From Candidatus Cloacimonadales bacterium (GTDB lineage: Bacteria > Cloacimonadota > Cloacimonadia > Cloacimonadales > JAFGVF01), in NCBI GenBank assembly GCA_963663475.2, contig CAXXJV010000001.1:96001-160000 (forward strand): a stretch of 64,000 nucleotides of DNA, in the 5' to 3' direction. The translations under genes were made by a program, and so were the position numbers. Numbering within the stretch: position 1 is the stretch's first letter; every line of letters begins with the position of its first letter. The notes beneath the pieces are model-generated. The model made no database searches. It saw only the letters and a program-made list of their open reading frames with translations, and was not told where the DNA came from. Positions 52,657 to 61,977 of this stretch are shown in pieces.

Positions 52657-52854
52657 TTATCCTCCTATTATCGGTTTCAAAACACTGGCTATCATTACTC
52701 CAGCCATTAACCCATTCAACCAGATGACTATATTTAGCTTAGTTTCCACTCTGCTTAATCTCTCTAATATTCCAGGTCTTCCATTACCATCTAACTTCTT
52801 TTTGATATCTTTAATATCTCCTACTAAACTCTCGTGGTGTTCGCATACTGACAT
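52657..52854 (-). CDS. Small coiled-coil plus TM protein (XhlA/holin-like)
   Basis: Coiled coil LSRVETKL followed by a C-terminal TM helix; RBS GGGAG. Confidence 0.5.
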   Translation of the reverse strand: MSVCEHHESLVGDIKDIKKKLDGNGRPGILERLSRVETKLNIVIWLNGLMAGVMIASVLKPIIGG

Positions 52855-52868
52855 CTCAACTCCCTTGT

Positions 52869-53405
52869 TTAAGCTTCAGGAATTGAATCAATAATAAAAT
52901 ACCTATCCTTAGTAGGACCTGAATATTCAGTGCTTATAGTAGCTGTATATAAGCCATTAAACTCATTACTTCTCTCATAGCTCCATCTCATAGCATTGAA
53001 GATTAAACAGCTTGCTTTATCAGCTGACCATAAAGCAATAGTCCTAATTGCTTTGTTTAACTGACTTTCAAGCCAGTCTTTTCTAGCCTGATTAAGACCT
53101 ATTAAAGTCAGTTCGATTGTATTAGAACGCTTACCTTCAATTAAGAAGTTTGTTGTTTTAAACTTAGCTACCTTAGATTCTTCTTTACCAGGATTCTCTC
53201 CGAGGTCAGAAATCTCATCAAAAGCAGAGTTTAAAAAACCTTCAAACTCTCTTTGATTTAACAATACTTCAGGAGGTATGGCTTCAATAGCTTCAAAAGC
53301 ACCATCTCCTAACCAACAAGTACCATGATTAAAAACAGCTATCTGATCATGAAAATTTGTTACTAATTTATCTAAACTAGGTTTTGTAGGTATTCCACCT
53401 GCCAT
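52869..53405 (-). CDS. Putative major tail (tube) protein
   Basis: Strong RBS AGGAGGT, about 180 aa, beta-rich, follows the capsid gene; function inferred from position. Confidence 0.45.
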   Translation of the reverse strand: MAGGIPTKPSLDKLVTNFHDQIAVFNHGTCWLGDGAFEAIEAIPPEVLLNQREFEGFLNSAFDEISDLGENPGKEESKVAKFKTTNFLIEGKRSNTIELTLIGLNQARKDWLESQLNKAIRTIALWSADKASCLIFNAMRWSYERSNEFNGLYTATISTEYSGPTKDRYFIIDSIPEA

Positions 53406-53416
53406 AATCTACCTCC

Positions 53417-54331
53417 TTATGAAGTTGGGTCTGCAGTAGTTTTATCAGAGACCTGGTAAACCCAAGAGTCTTCTAATTTACCTCTACCAAATGTTCTGTA
53501 AGGTACATATCTATCAGTAGCAGATAAGTCATTAGTACTTGATAGAGTTTCCATTAATTGATTACCATACATATAGCAATACTTGTGGCCGAAGATAACA
53601 GGAGTACTATCATTTTTTACTGCAGTAGAGTTAATAGCACCAGCTTTATCTACCTTTGGTAAGTGATTTAATAGGATCACATCAAAACCCATCAATCGAC
53701 CTATCAAACCATTTGGAATCGGCATTTTACTCTGTTGGCCAATTTTATCAGCAGAAATGAACTGATCAATTTTGAACAATTGAGATTCATGTTCAGGTCC
53801 AATTAAACAGAATCTACCTGTTAGAGGTGCATTCTTTTCATTAAGATGTTTTCTTGCGTTGATGAAGTCATCTAAAGTAATCTTATTAGCTGTAGTCGCA
53901 TGACCCGCAAAATCAACCTTTTGCCCTGCAGGAATAGCTCCAATCAAACCTGTTAAGATATTAACATCTTCTTTGGTTAAAATGTGAGAACCAGAATCTT
54001 CAGACTTTTCTTTCAATGTTTTTACTGTTGTTTGATAATCAGTATCTCTTTGCACTATAAAAGGATTACCTGCTTTTTGATCTACTGCTAAATCAATAGA
54101 ACCTTCACCTGCACCTGAAGGAGCTTCGAAAGCTTCACCAATTCCCACAGTCTGGCCTGACTCAGTTGTAATATAAGGAACATGAATCACCTTCATTCCT
54201 TTCTTAGCAAACTTTGAGACATCATACAAATAGCTCATTGCATATCTATTATCCTGGCTCTTACGTTTAATTGCATTAAGGGTTTCTGTAGTGATTAAAT
54301 CACCAAAAATTGTGTTACTTGCGTTTGGCAT
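53417..54331 (-). CDS. Major capsid protein (HK97 fold, P22-coat-like)
   Basis: Follows the head protease; ARKHLNEKNAP..GRFCLIGP and NGLIGRLMGFDV motifs. Confidence 0.85.
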   Translation of the reverse strand: MPNASNTIFGDLITTETLNAIKRKSQDNRYAMSYLYDVSKFAKKGMKVIHVPYITTESGQTVGIGEAFEAPSGAGEGSIDLAVDQKAGNPFIVQRDTDYQTTVKTLKEKSEDSGSHILTKEDVNILTGLIGAIPAGQKVDFAGHATTANKITLDDFINARKHLNEKNAPLTGRFCLIGPEHESQLFKIDQFISADKIGQQSKMPIPNGLIGRLMGFDVILLNHLPKVDKAGAINSTAVKNDSTPVIFGHKYCYMYGNQLMETLSSTNDLSATDRYVPYRTFGRGKLEDSWVYQVSDKTTADPTS

Positions 54332-55371
54332 TATCTGTTATCCTCCAGGTATTTGTTTCTTAGTTCTTCGTATAACTTAGGATTTGTGTTATAGAGTTCT
54401 CCTGCCTTTTCAGGGTCCTGTATCAAAACTTCCCAAGTTAGTTCTTCATCAGCATTTGCACCTAGGGTGATAGTTTTAGTCAGATCTGACTTACTATTAC
54501 CAGCATTTTTAACAAACTCATCAAACAAAGCTTCATCTTTATTAATGAGTGTTGTCGCAAAGTCTTTCTGGGCTGGGGTAATCTTACCTTCACTTATTGC
54601 TTGATTGATTTTAGCTTCGATATTGATTTTTCTTAAGTCTTTTACTTCTGTTTCTAATTTCTGATTCTTTGTCCTTAAAGCTGTTACTTCAGTAGTTAAA
54701 GAATCAATCTTAACAACTGCTTCAGCCTTATCTTTTACACCTAGAACTTCAAATAATTCTTCCATATTCTCCTCTCTTATATTGTTTTTTATCCACTCTT
54801 GATACTCTTGTTTACCTTCGAATTGATGACCAAAGTTGTTACTAACTACTACATTATCTACTATTGAATCAATGAATCCTTTCTCCTTTGCTTCTTTAGC
54901 AGTTAACCAGGTTTCCTGATCCATCAGACTGCCTATCTCATCTGCAGATAGATTACTGTGACTAACATAGATATTAACTATCTGTTCTTTAATTCTATCT
55001 AAGAGTTCAGCATTCTTTCTAAGTTCTTCAGAGTCTCCAGTAACATTGACCAAAGGATTATGTATCATAAACATACTATTCTCTGCCATTTCGATAGTCT
55101 CTCCTGCTAAGGCTATAATAGAAGCCATTGAAGCTGCAATCCCTTCAATTTTAGTTGTCACTTTTGAAGTATGAGCTTTAAGAGAATTATAAATTGCCAA
55201 TCCATCAAAGACTTGCCCTCCTGGTGAATTGATATGTAAAATGATATCATTCTTAATCTGCCGAATCTCTTTCACAAAATCAGATGCCCTAGTACCCCAG
55301 AAGCCTATCTCATCATAGATATAGACATCAGTATGCTCTACCTTATTAACTATCTTATACCATTTGTTCAT
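54331..55371 (-). CDS. ClpP-like head maturation protease with C-terminal scaffold
   Basis: HINSPGG, AASMAS, MIHNP, ETWLTAKEA; coiled-coil C-terminus with AISEGKITPAQK. Confidence 0.92.
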   Translation of the reverse strand: MNKWYKIVNKVEHTDVYIYDEIGFWGTRASDFVKEIRQIKNDIILHINSPGGQVFDGLAIYNSLKAHTSKVTTKIEGIAASMASIIALAGETIEMAENSMFMIHNPLVNVTGDSEELRKNAELLDRIKEQIVNIYVSHSNLSADEIGSLMDQETWLTAKEAKEKGFIDSIVDNVVVSNNFGHQFEGKQEYQEWIKNNIREENMEELFEVLGVKDKAEAVVKIDSLTTEVTALRTKNQKLETEVKDLRKINIEAKINQAISEGKITPAQKDFATTLINKDEALFDEFVKNAGNSKSDLTKTITLGANADEELTWEVLIQDPEKAGELYNTNPKLYEELRNKYLEDNR

Positions 55372-55592
55372 TTAACCTTCCTCATATCAAAAGTAATCAA
55401 ATTTCTACCTAAGTTTGACATTTCCTCAAACTCACTTGTCGATAATTTGCTACAGTTTGTAATAGTGATATGACTCTTTGACTGAGCTGCTAAAAATATT
55501 AATTCCTCAATACTGCTATTGGTGAAGTTATCGCACTCTAGTATTACATTACTACCATTCTTTACTGCTTGTTTAATACTATCGAAGAACAT
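55368..55592 (-). CDS. Small hypothetical protein heading the capsid operon
   Basis: RBS AGGAGG; 4-nt overlap with the protease start. Confidence 0.6.
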   Translation of the reverse strand: MFFDSIKQAVKNGSNVILECDNFTNSSIEELIFLAAQSKSHITITNCSKLSTSEFEEMSNLGRNLITFDMRKVK

Positions 55593-55720
55593 TGTTCCTC
55601 CTTAAACTTTCTTTTAATCAACACCACCATATCACAGCTAATCATTTTTATAAAAAAAATGGGGTAAAATACCCACTTTTTTCAGTAAATTATTAACTCT
55701 ATGATATCATGGCTCCAATA

Positions 55721-55749
55721 ACTGGGAACGTGGATGACCACATCCGCAT
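55721..55749 (+). repeat. ACTGGGA-led palindromic repeat
   Basis: ACTGGGAAC-GTGGATG-ACCA-CATCCGC-AT. Confidence 0.7.
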
Positions 55750-55774
55750 ATTAAATATTATTAAAGGAGCAATA

Positions 55775-56176
55775 ATGCTAAGTACTTTATTAGAAGAATT
55801 AATCGTAAAATTGAAAGACTTGGAAACAGAGGAAGGGAAACTATTTAAGCAGGTAGAACCTTATGAAGGGCAGTATGATAACATTAGTGAATATACTCTA
55901 TTTCCTCCTTCTGCTTTTGTAGAACTTTCTGATGCTGACACTAATCCAAATGGCAGACAAAACACTATCAGAACTAGTATAGCTGTTTATATCTCCACAA
56001 ATCATATAAAAGGTAAGAAACCAACAGCAATCTTTAATATTATTGATGATATGCGTAAGTCACTTAATAAAAGAAGCTTCGCTAAGGGATTCTTATACTT
56101 TAATGGCTTTAGAAGACTTGCTATCTTCCCTGGATTTATAACCTACCAGGTAAATTTCATTCATGATGAATCTTAA
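55775..56176 (+). CDS. Mu gp37-like tail terminator / head-tail protein
   Basis: ATG at 55775 with AAGGAG; YEGQ...PPSAFVE motif. The track start at 55709 runs through a repeat. Confidence 0.6.
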   Translation: MLSTLLEELIVKLKDLETEEGKLFKQVEPYEGQYDNISEYTLFPPSAFVELSDADTNPNGRQNTIRTSIAVYISTNHIKGKKPTAIFNIIDDMRKSLNKRSFAKGFLYFNGFRRLAIFPGFITYQVNFIHDES

Positions 56177-56177
56177 C

Positions 56178-56254
56178 ACTGGGAACACCACTGGGAGCGC
56201 CGACATCCCTGTCGGCATCTTCATTAACTGGGAACGTGGGCTTCCAGCCCGCAT
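56178..56254 (+). repeat. ACTGGGA-led repeat cluster (one partial and two full units)
   Basis: ACTGGGAGCGCCGACATCCCTGTCGGCAT; ACTGGGAACGTGGGCTTCCAGCCCGCAT. Confidence 0.8.
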
Positions 56255-56278
56255 CTTAAATAAATATAAGGAGAAAAA

Positions 56279-56656
56279 ATGTACGGTACAATAGATAATT
56301 TAAAAGACTCTTTTGGGTCTAAAAAAGACCTACTTTTACAAGATATTACAGACACACAGCTTACCATGTTGCTGGAAGACCAATCAAGCTACATTGATAG
56401 CTTCCTCCAGGTTAGGTATGAACTACCCTTACCTGGTTCAAATGCTATAATTAACAGACTCTGCATAATTCTTTCTAAAGCTGAATGCTACAGACTTTTT
56501 GCTTCTAATGACATCCCAGAAGCAGTTAAAGAACAAGAGAAACAAGCTTTAAAAGATTTGGTTAAAATTCAAAAAGGGCAAATTCTAATCATGAAAGAAG
56601 ACACCCTGGAGGATGATATCATTTCTAAAGAAGTCTATTTTGGAGACTGGCTATGA
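56279..56656 (+). CDS. Mu gp36-like (DUF1320) head-tail connector
   Basis: MYGT..DL, IDSFLQVRYELPL, ALKDLVKIQKG. Confidence 0.8.
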   Translation: MYGTIDNLKDSFGSKKDLLLQDITDTQLTMLLEDQSSYIDSFLQVRYELPLPGSNAIINRLCIILSKAECYRLFASNDIPEAVKEQEKQALKDLVKIQKGQILIMKEDTLEDDIISKEVYFGDWL

Positions 56657-57162
56657 TTCAAGATCAACAACTTTTAAAAGCAATTGGCCAAGTAATTACC
56701 AGGAACATCAAGTCTAGGATAAGACAAAATAAAATCACTCCTGCTACTCCCAATAAGCTTAAAAACAAGGCTACTCTAACTGATAGTGGTAACCTTCTAA
56801 GTTCGATAACTTATGTAGTCCGAGGTGATTCTGTTGTGGTTGGCACCAATGTTACTTATGCCAGAATACACCAGGAAGGAGGGACAATCACTCCTAAAAA
56901 GGCAAAATACTTAGCAATACCTCTAACACCTGCCGCTAAGGTTAAAAGGCCTCTTGAATGGGAGGATACATTCATTCGGAAAGGCATCATCTTCAGAAAC
57001 CTGGGAAACGATAAAGTAGAGGCTCTCTATAAGCTCCAGAAGTCAGTCAAAATACCTGCAAGACCTTATTTGTTTATAAGTCCTGAAGATGAAAATCAAA
57101 TCTCTAATATTATTAGCAAATACTACGATAATAAGATAAGGAGTAAGTTCAATGGCTCATAA
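56653..57162 (+). CDS. Phage virion morphogenesis protein (Mu gpG-like)
   Basis: LTDSGNLLSSI, VGTNVTYARIHQEGG, IPARPYL. Confidence 0.88.
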   Translation: MIQDQQLLKAIGQVITRNIKSRIRQNKITPATPNKLKNKATLTDSGNLLSSITYVVRGDSVVVGTNVTYARIHQEGGTITPKKAKYLAIPLTPAAKVKRPLEWEDTFIRKGIIFRNLGNDKVEALYKLQKSVKIPARPYLFISPEDENQISNIISKYYDNKIRSKFNGS

Positions 57163-57625
57163 ACGTATTGTAAAAGAACAAGCTGAAAGACTCTACATCA
57201 TGGAAGGCAAGCCAATAAACGAAATTGCTACTATTCTAAAAGTCTCTCAGCAGACAATCTATGCTTGGAAAAAGAAACATGAATGGGATAAGGCTATTAG
57301 AGCTTCAGGTACCATTGGTTTAACTATCGAAATGACTAAGTCTCTCTTTTCTGAAATGAATAAAGCCATGAAAGAAGGAAAGTTAACAGATCCTAAAACT
57401 GCTGATGCTTTAGCAAAGATATCAAAAATAGCAGAGAAACTATCTCCTGAAAAAATGATGCTTTCCAACATCTTTAATATGTTAGAAGACATTACTCATT
57501 GTATTCAGAATAAAATAAGAGATGAAGATTTTCTTATGCTCTGGGGCAAGTATCTTAGAGAAATTTCAGATGATTTAAGAAGAAAATATGCTTCTGGTAA
57601 CAACTTTAGGATGTCTGATGAATAA
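57152..57625 (+). CDS. Terminase small subunit (DUF1804-like HTH)
   Basis: AERLYI...EIATILKVSQQTIYAWKKKHEW; directly precedes the large subunit. Confidence 0.75.
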   Translation: MAHKRIVKEQAERLYIMEGKPINEIATILKVSQQTIYAWKKKHEWDKAIRASGTIGLTIEMTKSLFSEMNKAMKEGKLTDPKTADALAKISKIAEKLSPEKMMLSNIFNMLEDITHCIQNKIRDEDFLMLWGKYLREISDDLRRKYASGNNFRMSDE

Positions 57626-59116
57626 GCAAATTACAGTAAAAGAATTTGATAAGAAACTCGAGCTCTTAATAGCTAATATTAAGAAGTTCTCTACACCTCT
57701 GCCTAATGATAGAGTAGCTAAAGCCAAGAGAATTGATAAAGCTAAAAAAGACTTCTTCTTCTTTGCCGAAACTTACTTTCCTCACTATATCCGCTGTAAG
57801 TCAGGAACTCCTCATAAAATAGCTCATGAAGAAACAGAAGTACTGGGTCAAATTACAGCTATTGCTGGCTTTAGAGGTATGGGTAAGACAACTCAGTTAT
57901 CTATTATCAAACCTATCTGGAAAGCTCTTAAGGAAGAAATATTCTTTAATGTCAAGATTGCTAAATCTGATGACAAAGCAGCTGAAAGAACTGCAGCTAT
58001 TAGAGCTGAATTCCTCTTTAATGAAAGAATAAAGCAAGACTTCGGTCAGCTCTTAGCATCAACATCTTCAGAGTCTGATTTTACTATTAAAACTGGCTGT
58101 CGTTTCATAGCTCTTGGTTATAAATCAGGAGTTCGTGGTATTATCAATATGACTCACAGACCTGACTATATAGACATCGATGACTTAGAAGACCACCTAT
58201 CTTTTAATGAAAGAATTGCTAAGGAAAAACTTCAATTTGTTACTGAAGAAGCTTATGGTGCCCTGGAAGATGGACAAGGCTATATCATCTGGCTTGGTAA
58301 TCTTACTCACCAGAAATCAGCTTTAAATCTCTTTAAGAAATCACAGAAACAGGAGATCTCTCTGGTCGTAAGATGCTTATCTTCAAAGTTGATGATGGTC
58401 ACTTTAATCCAACATGGCCAGAAAAACATACCAAAGAACAACTGATCAAAATCTATCAGACTATCGGTCGTTTTGGTTATGAACGCCACTTTAGGATGAA
58501 TCCAGTAGTCGAAGGCCTTAAGTTCAAAGAAGCCTGGTTTAGATATTACTCACCTGAAGATATCGAAAACATCACCTTTGAGAAAATAGTTAACTACACA
58601 GACCCTTCTTTAGGTGAAAAATCTACTTCAGACTACAAAGCCTCCATGACTATTGGCTTCTATAAAAAACACTATTATCTACTTGAATGCTACTTAAGAA
58701 AAGCTTCTATTACAGAAATGCTTAAATACCTCTATTCAGTTCATAGTAGATACAATGCCCGTCTTTATATGGAGTCCAACTTCTGGCAAAAGGTTATCTG
58801 GGACTACATCCCTGATATTGCTCTTGTTATGGGTTATATGCTACCTCTTTCAGGAGTTGAAAACAAAGAGAAGAAAGAACTTAGAATTGAAAGACTTGAA
58901 CCTTACTTCGAATGGGGTTGGCTTCTCTTTCCTAAACAAAAAACAGCAGAAACACAACTACTGGAAGACCAATTACTCGGCTTCCCTGATTATCCTAACG
59001 ATGACGGACCTGATGCCTTAGCAGGAGGAGTAAATTGCCTTAGAATTAACTCTCAAGAAGAAAGCTATGATACAGTTGAAACAAGTCTGGCCACTCAATT
59101 TTCTGATGTCTGGTAA
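57618..59116 (+). pseudogene. Terminase large subunit split by a 1-nt frameshift near 58335-58341
   Basis: ATPase half (GFRGMGKTT, IDIDD) in one frame; nuclease half (YTDPS, DDGPD) in the -1 frame. One extra A in AAGAAATC restores a single ORF. Confidence 0.8.
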
Positions 59117-59120
59117 CACT

Positions 59121-59225
59121 ACTGGGAGCGCCGACATCCCTGTCGGCATCTTAATTAACTGGGAACGTGGGCATCTTGCCCGCATTAATTCGTGTTAATT
59201 CGCTTAAATTCGCGTTAATTCGTGT
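59121..59225 (+). repeat. Two ACTGGGA-led units plus four AATTCG tandem units
   Basis: 59121-59149 is identical to the unit at 56190; followed by TAATTCGTGT TAATTCGCTT AAATTCGCGT TAATTCGTGT. Confidence 0.8.
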
Positions 59226-59256
59226 AAAAGCTCTTAAAATATTAAAGGAGAAAAAA

Positions 59257-61935
59257 ATGAATATACTTGATTTATTTAAAAAAACATCAACAACCATCTT
59301 AACTCAAAATAAAATTGAGGAAGAAAAACCTCTTTGGTCAGCTAAAATCACACCTTCAGAAATGGATTTAGCTCTACATAATGCCCATAATGGAAGATTG
59401 AAACACCTTAATAACTTATATGATAGACTTTATAAGCTTGATGATAACCTGGCTGGGGATACTGATGTCAGAGTAGAAGCTCTTAAATCAGCTTCTTTCA
59501 CTTTCCCTGAAGGTCTCTCGAAGCAACAACAAGACTTCTTTAAAGCCTTTTTAGAGAACTTTTTTACAGTCCTCATTGACCAGGCTCTTGATTTAAAACT
59601 AACTGGTTCTCTCTTTCGTCAGATTACCTTTAAGCTGGAAAACAATCTTTATACCATAGACAAGTTCATAGAATACAAAAACCTCGATTTGAGGGCTGAA
59701 AAATCTGAATTGGTCTTGTATGTCGAAGATGAGAAGAAAAGCCTCTCTGATGATAAATTTGTGCGTCTATATCAAAATTATTCAGTCTATGAGTCTATAA
59801 TCAAATACTATGCTTTCTTTTCCTTTGCTCTCAACAACTGGGCTTCCTTTGTTGAAACCTATGGAAAACCTATCAGAATTGGTAAGTATAAACCAGGTTC
59901 AACCCCTGAAGAGAAGAACCTACTCAAGTCTATGGTAAAGAACCTGGGTACAGACTTAGGAGCTGTTATCTCTGAAAATACTCTAATTGAGTTCGCAGAC
60001 TTTAAAAATGCTTCAGCTAATGCTAATCTCTACGCAACTCTTTTAGATTTCTGTAAAAAATCAATCTCTAAAAGAATACTTGGCCAAACTCTCACAACTA
60101 ATACTGAAAAGACAGGATCCTATGCTCAAGCTAAGGTTCATAACATGGTCAGACAGGATATCCTCCAGGCTGACATCAGAGACTGCTCTAAGTATATCTC
60201 TTATATCTGCTCCAGGTTAAACAGATTGAACTTCGTTGACCAAGATATTAAAGTAACTCTTACTATCCCTGAACATGTTGATTTAAACACTAAGATAAAC
60301 ATCGATACTCAACTAAACAAAATCATCGAAATCGAACCTGATTATTGGTACACCACTTATGGCATCCCTGTACCAAAGTCTGGTGCAAAACTAAAGGAGG
60401 TTGCATCTCAGCTCTTCCCTTTTCAGAATAGGATTGGGGTTGGCTCCACTGGGATCGCTGGCATCCCTGTCGGCATAACTGGGAACACGGGCATCCCTGC
60501 CGCCATAACTGGGAACGCGGGCATCCCTGCCCGCACAGGCAGTTCAACTGATTGTATATCTTCAAAGTCCCCTTCAGGGGATTTAGGGGCTTCCCTCAAA
60601 GAACTCAAGAAAATCAAATCTCAAATTAAAGAAGCCAAATCTTTCAAAGATATAGAAAATATGTCTTATCCTAAAGACCTCTATTTAACCTATGCGAATG
60701 AGATGTATCAAACACTTCTTAAAGAATACTATAAGCTAAGAAAAGCTTCTCTAAAGAAGAAAGCTTCCTCTTCAATTCTCAACTCTCAATTCTCAATTCT
60801 CAATTCTGATGACTTCAACTTCGAAATAGACTGGACCCTGGAAGATACCAAAGCCCTCCATGCATTCAGAGCAGAAACCTTTATCGTAGCAGGAGTTACT
60901 TCTCAATCCATGCTTGACATGATTAAGTCTGAAGCTGAAAAAGCCTTTACTCAAGGTACTACCTTTCAAGAGTTCCAGGAAAATCTAAAACTAAAAGGCT
61001 TTGAACCTGATAATCCTTACCACCTAAGAACTAACTTCCAACAAGCTATTAAATCAGCTCGTGCATCTGCAGAATGGAAAGATATCCAGGACACTAAAGA
61101 AATCTTCCCTTATCTCCGTTATGTTACTATGCAAGATGATGCTGTGAGAGATGAACATAGAGCCTTAGATGGCATAGTCAGACATGTAGATGATCCTTTC
61201 TGGGATGAGTATTATCCTCCTAATGGCTGGGGTTGTCGTTGTGGTAAAGAACAACTAACTGAAGAAGAAGCAAACGGAGACCCTGGACTCAAGAGAGATG
61301 TTCCTCCTGATTCAAATGTTAAAGAAGAGTTTAAACGCAATGTAGGCAAAGACAATTCTCTCTTTGGGGATTGGTTAAGCTGTGAAGATGCTAAAAACAT
61401 CTCTATTTTATACCCAGAAATGTCTATCAGAAGCAAGCGTTTACACATCTACAACTCAGGTAAAAAGCATTGCCCTGATTTATATGCAAATACCTACAAG
61501 GATTTAAAGCTTAAGGATTGGAAAGATATGCCAGAGAATAAACTGCCAAAACTCTACGATACAGATGGTAAAACTAAAGATGAATTGCTCAAAGACTATG
61601 CAGATTATCTTGGAGACAGGAGGATTAAGTACAACGATAACACTCCAATAGAACTACTTGCTATTAAAGCTCAAAAATTCAAGAACTACGATTTGAAAGA
61701 CATTAAAGGTAGACTAAAGTATATGAATACCATCGATGATGTTTTAACAAAGCCTGATGAAGTATGGCAACAATCTGATAAAAAGAGAATACGATTCTTT
61801 AAGAAATACTCTAAAAATATCATTCTTCTTGTGGAAATCAAGGAAGGTTCTTATGAATACTTTAACATCATTGTAGCTTCCAATTCAAATAGTATAGATA
61901 AAAAACGTACTGGATTCTTTGGAATAAAGAAATAA
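59257..61935 (+). CDS. Portal (DUF935 / Mu gp29) - MuF minor head - PBECR2-like nuclease fusion
   Basis: ATG at 59257 with AAGGAG. Portal motifs YGKPIRIGKY, ILGQTLTT, GSYAQAKVH; MuF motifs VRDEH..LDG, DDPFW..YYPPNGWGCRC; C-terminal L..PDEVW...RFFK.Y...R.G. Confidence 0.85.
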   Translation: MNILDLFKKTSTTILTQNKIEEEKPLWSAKITPSEMDLALHNAHNGRLKHLNNLYDRLYKLDDNLAGDTDVRVEALKSASFTFPEGLSKQQQDFFKAFLENFFTVLIDQALDLKLTGSLFRQITFKLENNLYTIDKFIEYKNLDLRAEKSELVLYVEDEKKSLSDDKFVRLYQNYSVYESIIKYYAFFSFALNNWASFVETYGKPIRIGKYKPGSTPEEKNLLKSMVKNLGTDLGAVISENTLIEFADFKNASANANLYATLLDFCKKSISKRILGQTLTTNTEKTGSYAQAKVHNMVRQDILQADIRDCSKYISYICSRLNRLNFVDQDIKVTLTIPEHVDLNTKINIDTQLNKIIEIEPDYWYTTYGIPVPKSGAKLKEVASQLFPFQNRIGVGSTGIAGIPVGITGNTGIPAAITGNAGIPARTGSSTDCISSKSPSGDLGASLKELKKIKSQIKEAKSFKDIENMSYPKDLYLTYANEMYQTLLKEYYKLRKASLKKKASSSILNSQFSILNSDDFNFEIDWTLEDTKALHAFRAETFIVAGVTSQSMLDMIKSEAEKAFTQGTTFQEFQENLKLKGFEPDNPYHLRTNFQQAIKSARASAEWKDIQDTKEIFPYLRYVTMQDDAVRDEHRALDGIVRHVDDPFWDEYYPPNGWGCRCGKEQLTEEEANGDPGLKRDVPPDSNVKEEFKRNVGKDNSLFGDWLSCEDAKNISILYPEMSIRSKRLHIYNSGKKHCPDLYANTYKDLKLKDWKDMPENKLPKLYDTDGKTKDELLKDYADYLGDRRIKYNDNTPIELLAIKAQKFKNYDLKDIKGRLKYMNTIDDVLTKPDEVWQQSDKKRIRFFKKYSKNIILLVEIKEGSYEYFNIIVASNSNSIDKKRTGFFGIKK

Positions 61936-61950
61936 ATAAGTTATAACGTA

Positions 61951-61977
61951 AAAAGGGCTATTCTATATAGCCCTTTT
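61951..61977. terminator. Bidirectional intrinsic terminator
   Basis: AAAAGGGCTAT-TCTAT-ATAGCCCTTTT. Confidence 0.85.

Noticed and set aside
59167-59256. ORF-track N-terminal extensions of the portal (59167), gp37-like gene (55709) and terminase (57588)
   Set aside because: They run through repeat elements or the upstream gene; better starts are 59257, 55775 and 57618.
60448-60537. CRISPR mini-array
   Set aside because: The 30-nt units abut with no unique spacers and there are no cas genes; the same applies to 56178-56254 and 59121-59185.
25469-61448. Other short overlapping ORFs in the track (e.g. 25469, 32842, 33159, 35416, 37345, 41202, 42213, 44073, 44495, 46377, 47470, 48526, 50273, 50643, 52057, 52598, 57259, 57826, 58307, 58755, 60323, 60423, 61212)
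   Set aside because: They overlap well-supported genes or repeat regions in other frames and have no motifs of their own.
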